Source of the DNA: Negativicutes bacterium
GTDB lineage: Bacteria > Bacillota > Negativicutes > UBA1444
NCBI GenBank assembly: GCA_963665275.2
Contig: CAXXIN010000007.1
Span: 64,001-128,000, forward strand
Length of the DNA: 64,000 nucleotides
Direction: 5' to 3'
In this document: in pieces, positions 1 through 9,934 of the stretch
How the letters are laid out: each line of letters begins with the position of its first letter
Numbering within the stretch: the first letter of the stretch is position 1
Translations under genes and position numbers: made by a program
Notes under the pieces: generated by a model
What the model saw: the letters and a program-made list of their open reading frames with translations, nothing else
What the model was told of the DNA's origin: nothing
Databases searched by the model: none

Positions 1-2
1 CC

Positions 3-329
3 GGCGGTCACGCCTGCGGCTTCATCATCAACTATTACGGCAAAATTGTTTATCATGCCGGAGACACTGCCATCTTCGGCGATATGGCCCTGCTCGGACG
101 GCTGGAAGCCATCGACGTCGCTCTACTTCCTATCGGCGACAATTTTACCATGGGGCCGTCGGACGCGGCGGAAGCAGCCAATTTGCTGCAACCGAAACGT
201 GTCATTCCGATGCACTACAACACCTGGCCGCTGATCGCCCAATCCCCCGAGGGCTACAAACTGGATGTAGAAACTCGGTTCAAGATTCCAGTGCAAATCC
301 TGAAACCGGGCGACACTTTCACGCTATAG
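3..329 (+). CDS. Metal-dependent hydrolase (UPF0173/metallo-beta-lactamase fold), 5'-truncated by window edge
   Basis: Frame open from base 3: GGHACGFII..VYHAGDT..FGDM..LLPIGDNFTMG..VIPMHYNTW, typical UPF0173 motifs. Confidence 0.85.
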   Translation, partial: GGHACGFIINYYGKIVYHAGDTAIFGDMALLGRLEAIDVALLPIGDNFTMGPSDAAEAANLLQPKRVIPMHYNTWPLIAQSPEGYKLDVETRFKIPVQILKPGDTFTL

Positions 330-3300
330 GTTCTTGCGGACAAATCTCGGCAAAAGGACAATAAGGGCAATGAGCCACCTTGCAGGGATACTCCGCTTCT
401 TCATGATGACTGCGGATAAACCCCGCGACCGCTTGAAGTTCCTTCTCTGCCCAACCAAGCGAAGCTGATCCAACATCAATCGAGGCAGTCTCACCCGAAC
501 GAACGAAATATAGCCTTGCATCCCGAACCAATCGACCGAACACCGCCCGCGCCGCCAGCACATACCCCAGTAGCTGGAGGCGATATCGGGCGGCCTTTTT
601 TTGCCCATCCCCGCTGTTCAAATGGTCCGTTTTATAGTCAATGATGCCGATCGTTCCATCCGGATAGAACAGAACCCGGTCCACTTGCCCCGACAGCCAC
701 ACCACCGGCAGCATCCCCTCCGGCGGCAACAAACGATACTGAAAAGCCCATTCGCGGCGCTCGTCCGTCACGTTGCTCAATTCGGAGTAAAGCGCGCTGT
801 CTGCGTAAAGGGATGCCCATTCCTGCATCAGTCCTGCCGCGTCTTCCTGCAAGGACACCGGCATCGTTTCCTCCAGCGCCTGCGTCAAAGACTCCTGCCA
901 AGCCTCTCGGCTGGGAAGCAGTTCCAAAAACTTGTGAAAAGCGATGCCCAACTGTAGCGGCGACACCGTCGATTCCATAGGCAAAACGGGCTCAAACGGC
1001 AAAGTAAAGCTGTCGCCAACATCGGTTTTTTCGGCGTCAACACCTCGTGGCTTGAAATCCGGCGGCATCGGCAGCCGAAAAATATGTGAATAATAATAAC
1101 GTCGCGGGCAGGATGCATACTCCGTCAAATACGCCGGTGACAACACCTGGGGCTTCGCTTCTTGCACCAAAACAGCGCCCACATTGCGCTGAACAGCCGT
1201 CGGCAGGGAATCCGGCATTGTTCCCCCCGGCAGTTCCGGTTTGAAAATATCGCCTATTGCACCACTTTCCACACCATCGTCCAAACTGATATGCAGACAG
1301 GTTTCACCAATATATTTTTCGTGCGGCCATTCCTGCGGTGAGCCCTCCAATCCGAACAAATGCCGAGTCCAGTCCAACCAGCCGGATGCATTGCGCAGAT
1401 TTTTCTCGCTCTTCGGGCTATTGGCGACTGTTGACAGGATGATTCGCCTTTGGGCGCGCGTCATGGCGACATACAGAACCCGCTTGAGTTCAGCCCGTTC
1501 CATCGCATTGTCCTGGCGAGCAATCCTGCGAAAGCGGCCCGACTCCAGAAGTTTACCCCGGCCGTCCGGCACTTTCATTCCCATGCCCATTCCCCGCATG
1601 AATACAGTCATTTGCGAGCGCAAAATGAATTTGCGCTGCAAATCCGGCACAATAACCACCGGGAATTCCAACCCTTTGGATTTGTGAATCGTCATGATCC
1701 GAACCGTATCTCCGGCCTCGCTGTCTATCTCCGCTTCTCCCTCACTGTCGGCCCGCTTCTGCAGATACGTCAAGAACTCGGCAATGCCGCCATTTTCACT
1801 CTCCATGAAGGCCACGGCCATATCTTGCAATTTTTGCAGATTGGCATACCGACGAACCCCCATGAACTGCGTCAACTGCAACAGTTCAAAACCGGTCGCC
1901 TCCAGCGCTTCCCTGGTCACCTGTTCCGGCGTCAGGAAGGCCCGTCGCTGCAGCCATCGCTCCAGCAGTTGTCTGGCGCGCCGGACTACGGCAATCTCCG
2001 ACGCCGTCAAGTCTTTCACCGCATCTACCCCGGCTAGCCCAGCCCAGATTCCCCCTTCGCCGCCGGCACGCCGTAGCCGCAACAAAGCTTCATCCGACAA
2101 CTGAAAGAGCGGGGAACGCAGAGCGGCAAACAGCGCCATTTCATTCAACGGATTGCACAGAAATTGGAGCAAATTCAGCACATCCGCTATTTCCTGCCGA
2201 TCGGCAAAACCCCGGCTACCGGCAACATAGTACGGAATCCCGGCCTGCGCGAACGCTTCTTCATAGGCCCCGACATGCGTAAACGCCCGCAGCAGCACTG
2301 CGATATCCCGATATTGAACCGGTTGCTGACCCTCATCAACCAGTGCTTTGATCCGGAGGGCAATCATCGCCGCTTCCCGCTGCCTGGCATCGCCACCAGC
2401 TAAAGATTCCGCATCCAGCACCCATAGATCAGCCCGCGACAGTCCTTCTTGACTGCCGCCGCCTTCCAGATTCCGATATTCCACCGTATCGGCGCCTTCC
2501 ACGTCTTCTTCGCAAACCGTCGCAGGCATCAGCCCGGCAAAAAAATCATTGAAAGCCGACACCAGATGTCGGTGAGACCGGAAATTCTGCAGTAATTCGA
2601 TGACCAAGCCGCCACTCTTCCCCACATCCTCCTGCAAGCGCGCGAATACCCGGGAGTCGGCCCCCCGAAACCGATAAATCGACTGCTTCCCATCGCCAAC
2701 CGCGAACAGATTGCGACTGCGCAGCACCGCCGCATCCCCTCCGGCCAACAGATAGATGATCCGTCGCTGCCGTTCGTTGATATCCTGACATTCATCCACC
2801 ATCAGGAAGCGAAACCGCCGATTATAGCGCGCACAAATTTCCGGCTGCCCTTGGAGCAATTTTTCGGTTTCTTTTTCCAGATCATCATAGGTCAGCATGC
2901 GTCGAAGTCTTTTTACCCGCGCCCATTCCGCCCCAACAGAGCCAAACCATTCGCATAGATCAGGCACTAATTTTTCCACCGTCTGATCGAGCAGTGCGCC
3001 CCGCAGCAAAGCTGCCGTGGTTTTACGCTGTTGCAAGGCTTCCCGCAGCTCTTCGCCGCCACGCATGTTTTTCAGTTCTGCATCAAGATCATCAAAGACG
3101 GAGAGATCAGTAATCACACTCTCAATTTGACGTTCCAGCTCTGGCCACTTGGCCTGCAGGATGAGCAGCCGCTCCTGCGTGGCCGATTTTTTGCCGGGCG
3201 TCGGCACCATCGCGAACAGATCTTGATAATCCTGCTTCAATTGTTCCACAAGAAATTCAACATCTCCGGCTGCAAGCGGCCACAGGATTTTCGCCAAGTC

Positions 3301-3858
3301 CGGCCCGATGGCCCCTTCATCCAGAACGGCATCAAAAAGCGGGCGAAATTTCTGCCGGACCTGCGCCGGAGAATAAACGGCAAGCAGTCGCTGCAGCCAA
3401 GAAGCATTGCTTTTAATGGCCGTTTCCAGCGTCGTCTGCCACACTTCATCCAACAGCGACTGTTCATCCAGATCCTCCATCAAGCCAAAATCGGGATCGA
3501 CGCCTGCTTCGGCGGGATGCTCGCGCAGAATACGGCTGCACAGGGAATGAATCGTCGAAACGTTGAGGGCATCCAGTCTGGCAAATATTTTGCGCCACTT
3601 GCCCCACGCTTCGGTTCCCTGAGTCAGGGCCATCAGCTCCTCCACCCTGCCCCTGATCCGCTCTTTCATCTCCCGGGCCGCCTTGCGGGTGAAAGTGATC
3701 GCGACGATTCCATCCGTATCCGCCGCACCGGTTTCCAGAATATGAATGTATCGCTCCACAAGAACCCGCGTTTTCCCAGCTCCAGCCCCTGCCTTTACCA
3801 AAAGGTTCCGGTCCAGCGTTTCAATCGCCGCTTTTTGATCCGGCGTCAATTTACTCAT
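319..3858 (-). CDS. addA: AddA-like ATP-dependent helicase/nuclease (UvrD helicase + C-terminal PD-(D/E)XK nuclease)
   Basis: AGAGAGKT, ITFTRKAA, VDECQD, VGDGKQSIYRFRGA, TIHKSKGLE, YVAMTRA and GQVDR..IIDYKT. Start set at ATG 3858, which overlaps the addB stop. Confidence 0.9.
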   Translation of the reverse strand: MSKLTPDQKAAIETLDRNLLVKAGAGAGKTRVLVERYIHILETGAADTDGIVAITFTRKAAREMKERIRGRVEELMALTQGTEAWGKWRKIFARLDALNVSTIHSLCSRILREHPAEAGVDPDFGLMEDLDEQSLLDEVWQTTLETAIKSNASWLQRLLAVYSPAQVRQKFRPLFDAVLDEGAIGPDLAKILWPLAAGDVEFLVEQLKQDYQDLFAMVPTPGKKSATQERLLILQAKWPELERQIESVITDLSVFDDLDAELKNMRGGEELREALQQRKTTAALLRGALLDQTVEKLVPDLCEWFGSVGAEWARVKRLRRMLTYDDLEKETEKLLQGQPEICARYNRRFRFLMVDECQDINERQRRIIYLLAGGDAAVLRSRNLFAVGDGKQSIYRFRGADSRVFARLQEDVGKSGGLVIELLQNFRSHRHLVSAFNDFFAGLMPATVCEEDVEGADTVEYRNLEGGGSQEGLSRADLWVLDAESLAGGDARQREAAMIALRIKALVDEGQQPVQYRDIAVLLRAFTHVGAYEEAFAQAGIPYYVAGSRGFADRQEIADVLNLLQFLCNPLNEMALFAALRSPLFQLSDEALLRLRRAGGEGGIWAGLAGVDAVKDLTASEIAVVRRARQLLERWLQRRAFLTPEQVTREALEATGFELLQLTQFMGVRRYANLQKLQDMAVAFMESENGGIAEFLTYLQKRADSEGEAEIDSEAGDTVRIMTIHKSKGLEFPVVIVPDLQRKFILRSQMTVFMRGMGMGMKVPDGRGKLLESGRFRRIARQDNAMERAELKRVLYVAMTRAQRRIILSTVANSPKSEKNLRNASGWLDWTRHLFGLEGSPQEWPHEKYIGETCLHISLDDGVESGAIGDIFKPELPGGTMPDSLPTAVQRNVGAVLVQEAKPQVLSPAYLTEYASCPRRYYYSHIFRLPMPPDFKPRGVDAEKTDVGDSFTLPFEPVLPMESTVSPLQLGIAFHKFLELLPSREAWQESLTQALEETMPVSLQEDAAGLMQEWASLYADSALYSELSNVTDERREWAFQYRLLPPEGMLPVVWLSGQVDRVLFYPDGTIGIIDYKTDHLNSGDGQKKAARYRLQLLGYVLAARAVFGRLVRDARLYFVRSGETASIDVGSASLGWAEKELQAVAGFIRSHHEEAEYPCKVAHCPYCPFAEICPQEPIA

Positions 3859-6800
3859 CCGTGCTTTCCTCCGTTCCCTCCTGGTCTGACTCCGAGTCCC
3901 GCCGACAACAAGTCCGCGCCGGGCAATAGGCAGGGCAGGGCGCCCCAGGTTGGGCCCTGAAATTCCCACTGCGAATCCCCGCTACATAACTGAGAACGTA
4001 TGCCTGCGTCGCCGCGAACAGTTCTTCCCGCGACTGTTTCGCTCCAGGAAGTTTGAGCTCCGTCGCGCCCTCTCCCACCGGCAGATACATACCATCTGCC
4101 ACCGTCTCACCGGTCCTGCACAGCAAGGAATCGACCGCCATCATATACAAAGGCACCTGCAGACGGAGCCCCTGCTCCACCTGCTTCCGCGCCGGAGCCT
4201 TGCCTGTCTTGTAATCAATAATACGATAGCTGCCACCGCCTGCATCGATGCGGTCCACCTTGCCCTGCAGTTCGACCGCGTCGCCATCTTCACCTGCCAG
4301 TACCATAGGCTGCTCGGTGGATTCACCATCGCAGCCCCGCCGCAGCGCCGTGCCAAAGGCCCACTCGAAATAATGCGGTACTCGATCCGTCTGCGCCTGG
4401 CGCTCCATTTCGCCGTTCAGCCAACTGCGCAGCGCTTGCTCCCAGCGCGGCTTTTCGAACCTCCACCAGATATCCGGCGCCACCCGGCCGTCTTTCTCCC
4501 GCCGATCAACCGCAGCCTCCAGCAGGCCCACCAGTTCCCGCACATATTTCTCAGCCGACTCCTGCGCCAGCTTCCTGCCGCGATATCGTCCGAGAAAACC
4601 AGCCAACACCTCATGCCATACCGAGCCGGACGACAACGCGTCGAACCCTTCCTCCGCCGCATCCCACTCACCGAGACCCAGCACTTGGGTCACAAAATAG
4701 GCAAACGGACAAGCCGCATATTGTTCCAGCGCCGATGCACTGTAGCACTGCACCGCGATCAACGCCGGATCAACCTGACCGGCGTAAGCCCCCACCCGTT
4801 CACGTTCGGTTGCCGCCACCTGTTCCAAACATTCCGGCAGCACAGAGCGCAGAGCCGAATATACGGTCGCCCATTCTTCACCTGCTAGCGGCTGACACCA
4901 GATATGATGCAAACTCGCTTTCAACAGATCCCTTTTGCTGCGGGCCTCTTCCACATTTTCAGCCACCAGTTGGTGCGGACCATAGGCTTCCGCGGCGATC
5001 GCGCCTGTGGTGAACAATCGTTTTACTTCTTCCAGATACCGTGAAGGCAGTGTCTCACTGTCCGTCACCGCACTCAGCCAAAGCTGCTCGGTAGCCATCC
5101 CGACCGCCAGTGAAAAAGAAAAGTCGGCGGCTGCGGCCCGGTCTTCCGATGTTGGCAGACTAATGCCCGCTTCGGCCAGCGTCCGGCGTTCCTGATCGCT
5201 GTACAGCCAGCTCTCCCGTGGCGGCGCCGGGAATTCCCCTTCCGCCAGCCCAAGCACGAATACCGCCCGGAACTTCATGCCGCTGGCGGTTTCCGGCGTT
5301 ACCACCTGAACTCCGGTATCCTGCCGGTCCGCCAGACTGACAGATAGATCTTGCAGCGTGCGTCGCAGAAAATCGGCGAAATCGGCAGCCCCGACCATTT
5401 CCTCCGGCTGTCGCAGCACCTCGTCCAGTTGTTTCACTTGTACGGTTGCATCCCGCAGAGCCGCAAGGCTTGTCAGCTCAGCCCGGATTTCAGCCAAAGA
5501 AAGCACGCCCTTGCTACGCCGTCGCCCCAACGTTGCCGTTACATCAAACCAGTCCAGCAAGCCACTTAACCGCTTGGCCCATTGCGTCCAGGTTGCCGGG
5601 CCGGACCACTCCCGTACATACAGAAGCAATTCATTCCAGCCTTGCCGCCAGAGAGCATCCGTCATTTCGTCCGGGGCACTGCGTCCAAGCGCCACCGGCC
5701 AATCACTCCAGCCCCGAATCACTTCGCCCAGCAAGCAGCTTTCCAACTGGTCCGCATCCCAGCCCAGCTTATCACTGATGTATGGCGACTTCAGAACCGC
5801 TGTCACGCTGATTCGGCTTCCCTGCTCCTGCAACATATTCAGCCAGGCGAAAATCAGACGTGGCAGCGCACATTGAAGTAGCGGCATACTTTGGGCCAGA
5901 TCAACAGGGATTCCCCTTTCGGCGAATTCGTCCCACAGCCGCGTGTAAGCGCCCGGATCACGCAGAACCACCGCTACTTCCTGCGGCTTATATTGCTTTT
6001 GCAACAACACTGTTTTGACATGATCGGCCACTACCGCCAATTCCTTGGTCCGGTTGGGGCAAAACAGCAACCCGATACCCGCAGCATCTTCGCACATGTG
6101 CGGCGCATCTTCAAACACGTTGCGACGCACATGCTCCAACGCACTCATGCCTGTCGAGGCGACTTCATGAAACTCGGCGGTGAACCCCATGCCGACGAGA
6201 TCCTGATAAACCGGCTCTACTGCGCGAAAAACTCCGGGTCGGTTTTTTTCGAAACAAATGCCGATTTCTAAAGGCACCCGCTTTTTCAGCCGTTCGATCA
6301 ATTGCAGGCGTAGCGGCGACAGCACCGAGAATTCGGCCATAAAAATCTGTTCATACGGCAGGGGATTTTCGCTCTGGTCCAGAGCCTCCAGCGCCCGCCG
6401 GTACATTTCCCCCACATCCATGAGGAAGTATTTTTCCAGACGCTCCTGATAGGCGAGGAAAAGTCCGGCGATATCCGCATCCCGCCCGGCATTGCGCTCG
6501 ATCTCCCCTTCAAAAGCCTCAATGGCTCCTGCGAGCTCTTCCGGCAAAACATCGGCCATTTTCAGCTCGTCAAAGAGCCGGGCCAGCGCAGCTACGAAGC
6601 CGGGGAAGTCGGCAATTTGCGCAAAATAGGGGAAAAGCCCCGCCGCGGAGTTCTCCCTCACCAAACGGTCAATCAATAACTCCTGCTCCACCCGGCTGAT
6701 TTTGCAGCAACCCGCCAAGTTGGCGGCCAATTCATCCAGCGACAGAACCCGTGGGAACTCCCAAGCCGAAATCTCCGTCTGCCGTAGCGCATTTCTGGCG

Positions 6801-6934
6801 CGTTCCAATAGATACGGACTGGGCAGCAGCAGCGCCATACGGCCGGACGTACCTATTTCCCCTGCCTGTTGCAGACGCTTGATGAAATTGTCAAACATGG
6901 ATACTCCGAGCGGAGTGCAGTGCAATCGATTCAA
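3851..6934 (-). CDS. addB: AddB-like subunit (inactive helicase scaffold + PD-(D/E)XK nuclease with Fe-S cysteines)
   Basis: SASALEQYAACPF, LQGKVDRID..IIDYKTG, LQVPLY and C-terminal CPAYCPARTCC; coupled to addA. Confidence 0.85.
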   Translation of the reverse strand: MNRLHCTPLGVSMFDNFIKRLQQAGEIGTSGRMALLLPSPYLLERARNALRQTEISAWEFPRVLSLDELAANLAGCCKISRVEQELLIDRLVRENSAAGLFPYFAQIADFPGFVAALARLFDELKMADVLPEELAGAIEAFEGEIERNAGRDADIAGLFLAYQERLEKYFLMDVGEMYRRALEALDQSENPLPYEQIFMAEFSVLSPLRLQLIERLKKRVPLEIGICFEKNRPGVFRAVEPVYQDLVGMGFTAEFHEVASTGMSALEHVRRNVFEDAPHMCEDAAGIGLLFCPNRTKELAVVADHVKTVLLQKQYKPQEVAVVLRDPGAYTRLWDEFAERGIPVDLAQSMPLLQCALPRLIFAWLNMLQEQGSRISVTAVLKSPYISDKLGWDADQLESCLLGEVIRGWSDWPVALGRSAPDEMTDALWRQGWNELLLYVREWSGPATWTQWAKRLSGLLDWFDVTATLGRRRSKGVLSLAEIRAELTSLAALRDATVQVKQLDEVLRQPEEMVGAADFADFLRRTLQDLSVSLADRQDTGVQVVTPETASGMKFRAVFVLGLAEGEFPAPPRESWLYSDQERRTLAEAGISLPTSEDRAAAADFSFSLAVGMATEQLWLSAVTDSETLPSRYLEEVKRLFTTGAIAAEAYGPHQLVAENVEEARSKRDLLKASLHHIWCQPLAGEEWATVYSALRSVLPECLEQVAATERERVGAYAGQVDPALIAVQCYSASALEQYAACPFAYFVTQVLGLGEWDAAEEGFDALSSGSVWHEVLAGFLGRYRGRKLAQESAEKYVRELVGLLEAAVDRREKDGRVAPDIWWRFEKPRWEQALRSWLNGEMERQAQTDRVPHYFEWAFGTALRRGCDGESTEQPMVLAGEDGDAVELQGKVDRIDAGGGSYRIIDYKTGKAPARKQVEQGLRLQVPLYMMAVDSLLCRTGETVADGMYLPVGEGATELKLPGAKQSREELFAATQAYVLSYVAGIRSGNFRAQPGAPCPAYCPARTCCRRDSESDQEGTEESTDE

Positions 6935-7071
6935 AATAACCTCCAGAATTTAAGAGATTGCGGTCATTTATAATTATTCTGATCTATCTAGCAATTATCC
7001 TTGTTATCGAATGAATTGACTGATCATAGACCGTGATACAGTTTATGATGTTTTTGCCGTGATTGAAAAAT

Positions 7072-7098
7072 AAAAAGCCGGGGAAAAATAGCCCGGCT
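7072..7098 (-). terminator. Intrinsic terminator after the GDSL gene
   Basis: Minus strand AGCCGGG-N9-CCCGGCT followed by a T run. Confidence 0.6.
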
Positions 7099-7126
7099 CA
7101 TACTTAGGATTCAAGAATTCCTATAA

Positions 7127-7918
7127 CTATAGATCTTTTCGACTTTCTTTATTTACTATGGGGAGATTCTTTTCGGCAATGACATAGGTATCAATTTGAT
7201 TACGCCAGATCCAGTATGCATCCTCATTTAAATGCAGCCCATCATAAGTATACTGCGCTAACAAACGTCCATCTTTATCGGAAAACAATGCCGTCAAATC
7301 CAAATATTCGTAGCCATATTCCACCGCAAGTTTGCGAATAGCAATATTAATTTTTCGGATATTTTCATTTCGTCTCAACCCTCTCGCAGGGAACATTTTC
7401 TCATTAAACGGCAACACACTCTGGACATAAACCGGCGTATCAGGCAATTCCGCCCGAAAGCGCGCGAGAATCAGACTATAGTTTGCGATAATATTTTCTA
7501 TTGGCCGCCCAAAACAAAGGTCATTTGTACCGATCATCAAAAAGATGCGCTGTGGATGTAGTTTTATGATTTCATCCTGCCTGTTCAAAAGCCCCAAAGT
7601 CGTGTCACCGCTGATCCCGCGATTCACTACCGGAGACTCGGGGAAAAGTCGTTGCCAGTTTGCGCCGAACGTGATACTGTCGCCAAAAAACACAATTGGG
7701 TTTTTGGTGATCTCGGAGGTAATTGAAAAATAAAACCGCCTAAGGCGATAATTCAAATTGAGATAGGCAGGATCATCAGTTTTTCTACCGATCGTATTCA
7801 CCCACGACAACGCCCCGGCCACCTGCTGATTCGCCAACACTGATTCGATCAACCCGTCTTGGGTTTGTACCAAACCAACCATTGCTGCCAGCAAAATTAT
7901 AACAACCGCCTTTTTCAC
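7127..7918 (-). CDS. Secreted SGNH/GDSL-family esterase
   Basis: FFGDSIT, NRGISGDT, MIGTND and DGLH blocks; hydrophobic N-terminal signal. Confidence 0.88.
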   Translation of the reverse strand: MKKAVVIILLAAMVGLVQTQDGLIESVLANQQVAGALSWVNTIGRKTDDPAYLNLNYRLRRFYFSITSEITKNPIVFFGDSITFGANWQRLFPESPVVNRGISGDTTLGLLNRQDEIIKLHPQRIFLMIGTNDLCFGRPIENIIANYSLILARFRAELPDTPVYVQSVLPFNEKMFPARGLRRNENIRKINIAIRKLAVEYGYEYLDLTALFSDKDGRLLAQYTYDGLHLNEDAYWIWRNQIDTYVIAEKNLPIVNKESRKDL

Positions 7919-7991
7919 AAAACCGCTCCTTGCTAAATCATCATTTTCCGTTACAATTCAGATTGTGATGCGAATCAGTTGATCTGGTATT

Positions 7992-8756
7992 TTATACATT
8001 CCCCCTCTTTCTCATAGTCCATCGAATGTCTCCGTCAAAGCGAAATATCGGTATTCGTCGCAGCACAAACGGATTGGTATTGTGTGAACACGAACCCGGA
8101 ATAATTGAAAACCCGCCGCAACATCCTGCTTCGCCGGCTTCCGCACCCGTATCCTGATTATAGCTTCCTTTCGGGTAAGCAACAAAATCAACGGATTTTT
8201 GCAACATTCCCTCAAGATATGCCCTGGAAAGTACCAATTCACTTAGGGCCTCCTCATTATCCATGTCTCCCAATGCTCGATGGCTCATCGTATGGGACCC
8301 AATGGACATTCCGTTCGCGGACATTTCCCGTATATGCCCCGTTGCCAGTCGGTCTTCCTCGTTGACCATATTGGTGATGATGTAGAAGGCCGCCGTCATC
8401 CCATAACGTCGCAAAATGGGGTATGCGTTCATGAAATTATCAAGATATCCGTCGTCGAATGAAATCATAATAGGCTTATCAGGGAGTTCAACATCAGCAT
8501 TGATTAAAAATCCTCGGAAAGTTTCCAACGTAATGGTTGAATATCCCAATTCGCTCAACCTGGATAAATCAAGTGCAAATTTTTCCGGAGTCACAGTCAA
8601 AGGTCCCTCCGTGTCTCCTACCCGATGATATAACAAAACCGGAATAACTAAAGCGTTCAACGCACTCGCGGAGGACAAAAATGGAGAGAATCCTGTCAAG
8701 CTGACGGCAGCAATAGAGGAAACACAGTTTTTGATGAATTTACGTCGACTATACAC
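7992..8756 (-). CDS. Polysaccharide deacetylase (CE4) with twin-arginine signal
   Basis: PVLLYHRV, ISFDDGY, IGSHTMSH, AYPKG and SRRKFIK Tat motif; GTG at 8756 behind a GAGGTG RBS. Confidence 0.85.
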   Translation of the reverse strand: MYSRRKFIKNCVSSIAAVSLTGFSPFLSSASALNALVIPVLLYHRVGDTEGPLTVTPEKFALDLSRLSELGYSTITLETFRGFLINADVELPDKPIMISFDDGYLDNFMNAYPILRRYGMTAAFYIITNMVNEEDRLATGHIREMSANGMSIGSHTMSHRALGDMDNEEALSELVLSRAYLEGMLQKSVDFVAYPKGSYNQDTGAEAGEAGCCGGFSIIPGSCSHNTNPFVLRRIPIFRFDGDIRWTMRKRGNV

Positions 8757-8996
8757 AAAACACCTCGCAACTAAAACCAGATTGCCCAAAAGAAAAAAGC
8801 ACATTATTGCGCTTTTAAACCTAGGTCTGAACTTTAGTGACCAAATCAATTTCGCAGTTTATGAAATTTTCGCCTCGAAGTTTCCCTACATCGTGCAGCA
8901 ATTTCTTAACCACTTAATAATATACAACACGAAACAATAAATTAATAATATTTCTTTCCGGTATTATAATAGTTATAAACTATATAAAAAGGTGGA

Positions 8997-9905
8997 ATGA
9001 TTTTTTTGGAGCTCCGTCAACTGCAATATTTTCAATCCGTTGGGCGACTGCTAAGCATAACAAAAACAGCTGACAAGTTTAACATTGCCCAACCGTCGGT
9101 TACAATAGCGATTCAAAACCTTGAAAACGAACTGGGAGTTCAGCTTTTGGACCGAAGTCGCAAACGAATTGCGTTTACCGTAGAAGGACAATTATTCCTG
9201 CAGAAAGTTGATGAAATCCTGTTCCTTTTGGCTGATTCAGTGCTTCAACTAAAGGATACCCGCAAACTAAGATGTGGATTTATCCGACTGGGCATAACGC
9301 CTACCGCCAGCGGCTTTATATTTCCACGAATTTTTGCGGAATTTCATACGCAATATCCTTTAATTGAGTTAAACAGTGTTGAAGAAGGTTCGCTTGCGGT
9401 AATTAAGCTTTTAGAACAAGGGGAGTTAGACATAGGCATCATCATAATATCAGACTTGTCTTCCAGTCTGGAAGTTTTGCCGATCACAACAGAACCAGTC
9501 GTGCTGTGTCTACCTATAGACCATCCATTAGTAGGGACAAAGAATATAACCTTTGACTCCCTGAAAGACTTTCCTTTCCTTTTATTTAAAGAAGATACCT
9601 ATTTACGACAAATCATCTTACAAAAATGCGCCCAAAATCATATCACTCCCAAAATCGCCTTTTCGTCAAGCCAAATTGAAACAATTATTGGCCTGGTGGA
9701 AGAAGGCGCAGGCATAACTTTTCTCCTTGAATCGATTGCTCGAAAGCACACAAATATAATAGGATTGCCTTTGAACGATCCGCTATCTGTACAGCTGGGA
9801 ATAGCGTGGAACAAAAAGAAGTACTTGTCAAAGGCGTCCAGCGCATTTATAGATTTTGTATCTTCGTCTCATTTTGCTCCTATTTCACGCATGTTGCGAC
9901 GTTGA
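8997..9905 (+). CDS. LysR-family transcriptional regulator
   Basis: LRQLQYF..SITKTADKFNIAQPSVTIAIQNLENELGVQLLDR HTH; about 300 aa. Confidence 0.92.
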   Translation: MIFLELRQLQYFQSVGRLLSITKTADKFNIAQPSVTIAIQNLENELGVQLLDRSRKRIAFTVEGQLFLQKVDEILFLLADSVLQLKDTRKLRCGFIRLGITPTASGFIFPRIFAEFHTQYPLIELNSVEEGSLAVIKLLEQGELDIGIIIISDLSSSLEVLPITTEPVVLCLPIDHPLVGTKNITFDSLKDFPFLLFKEDTYLRQIILQKCAQNHITPKIAFSSSQIETIIGLVEEGAGITFLLESIARKHTNIIGLPLNDPLSVQLGIAWNKKKYLSKASSAFIDFVSSSHFAPISRMLRR

Positions 9906-9934
9906 AAATTTGTTGAGAGCAGTCCGGCTGTCCA

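Noticed and set aside
3859-3969. N-terminal extensions in the ORF track (addA, deacetylase, DJ-1, regulator, dat, serpin, cas7 and others)
   Set aside because: Downstream starts have better RBS spacing or stop/start coupling, and the extensions overlap neighbours or leaders
601-6953. Long plus-strand ORFs (e.g. 3031-3960, 3950-4888) and similar antisense ORFs across the window
   Set aside because: They shadow well-supported genes on the opposite strand in GC-rich DNA, and none shows a recognisable motif
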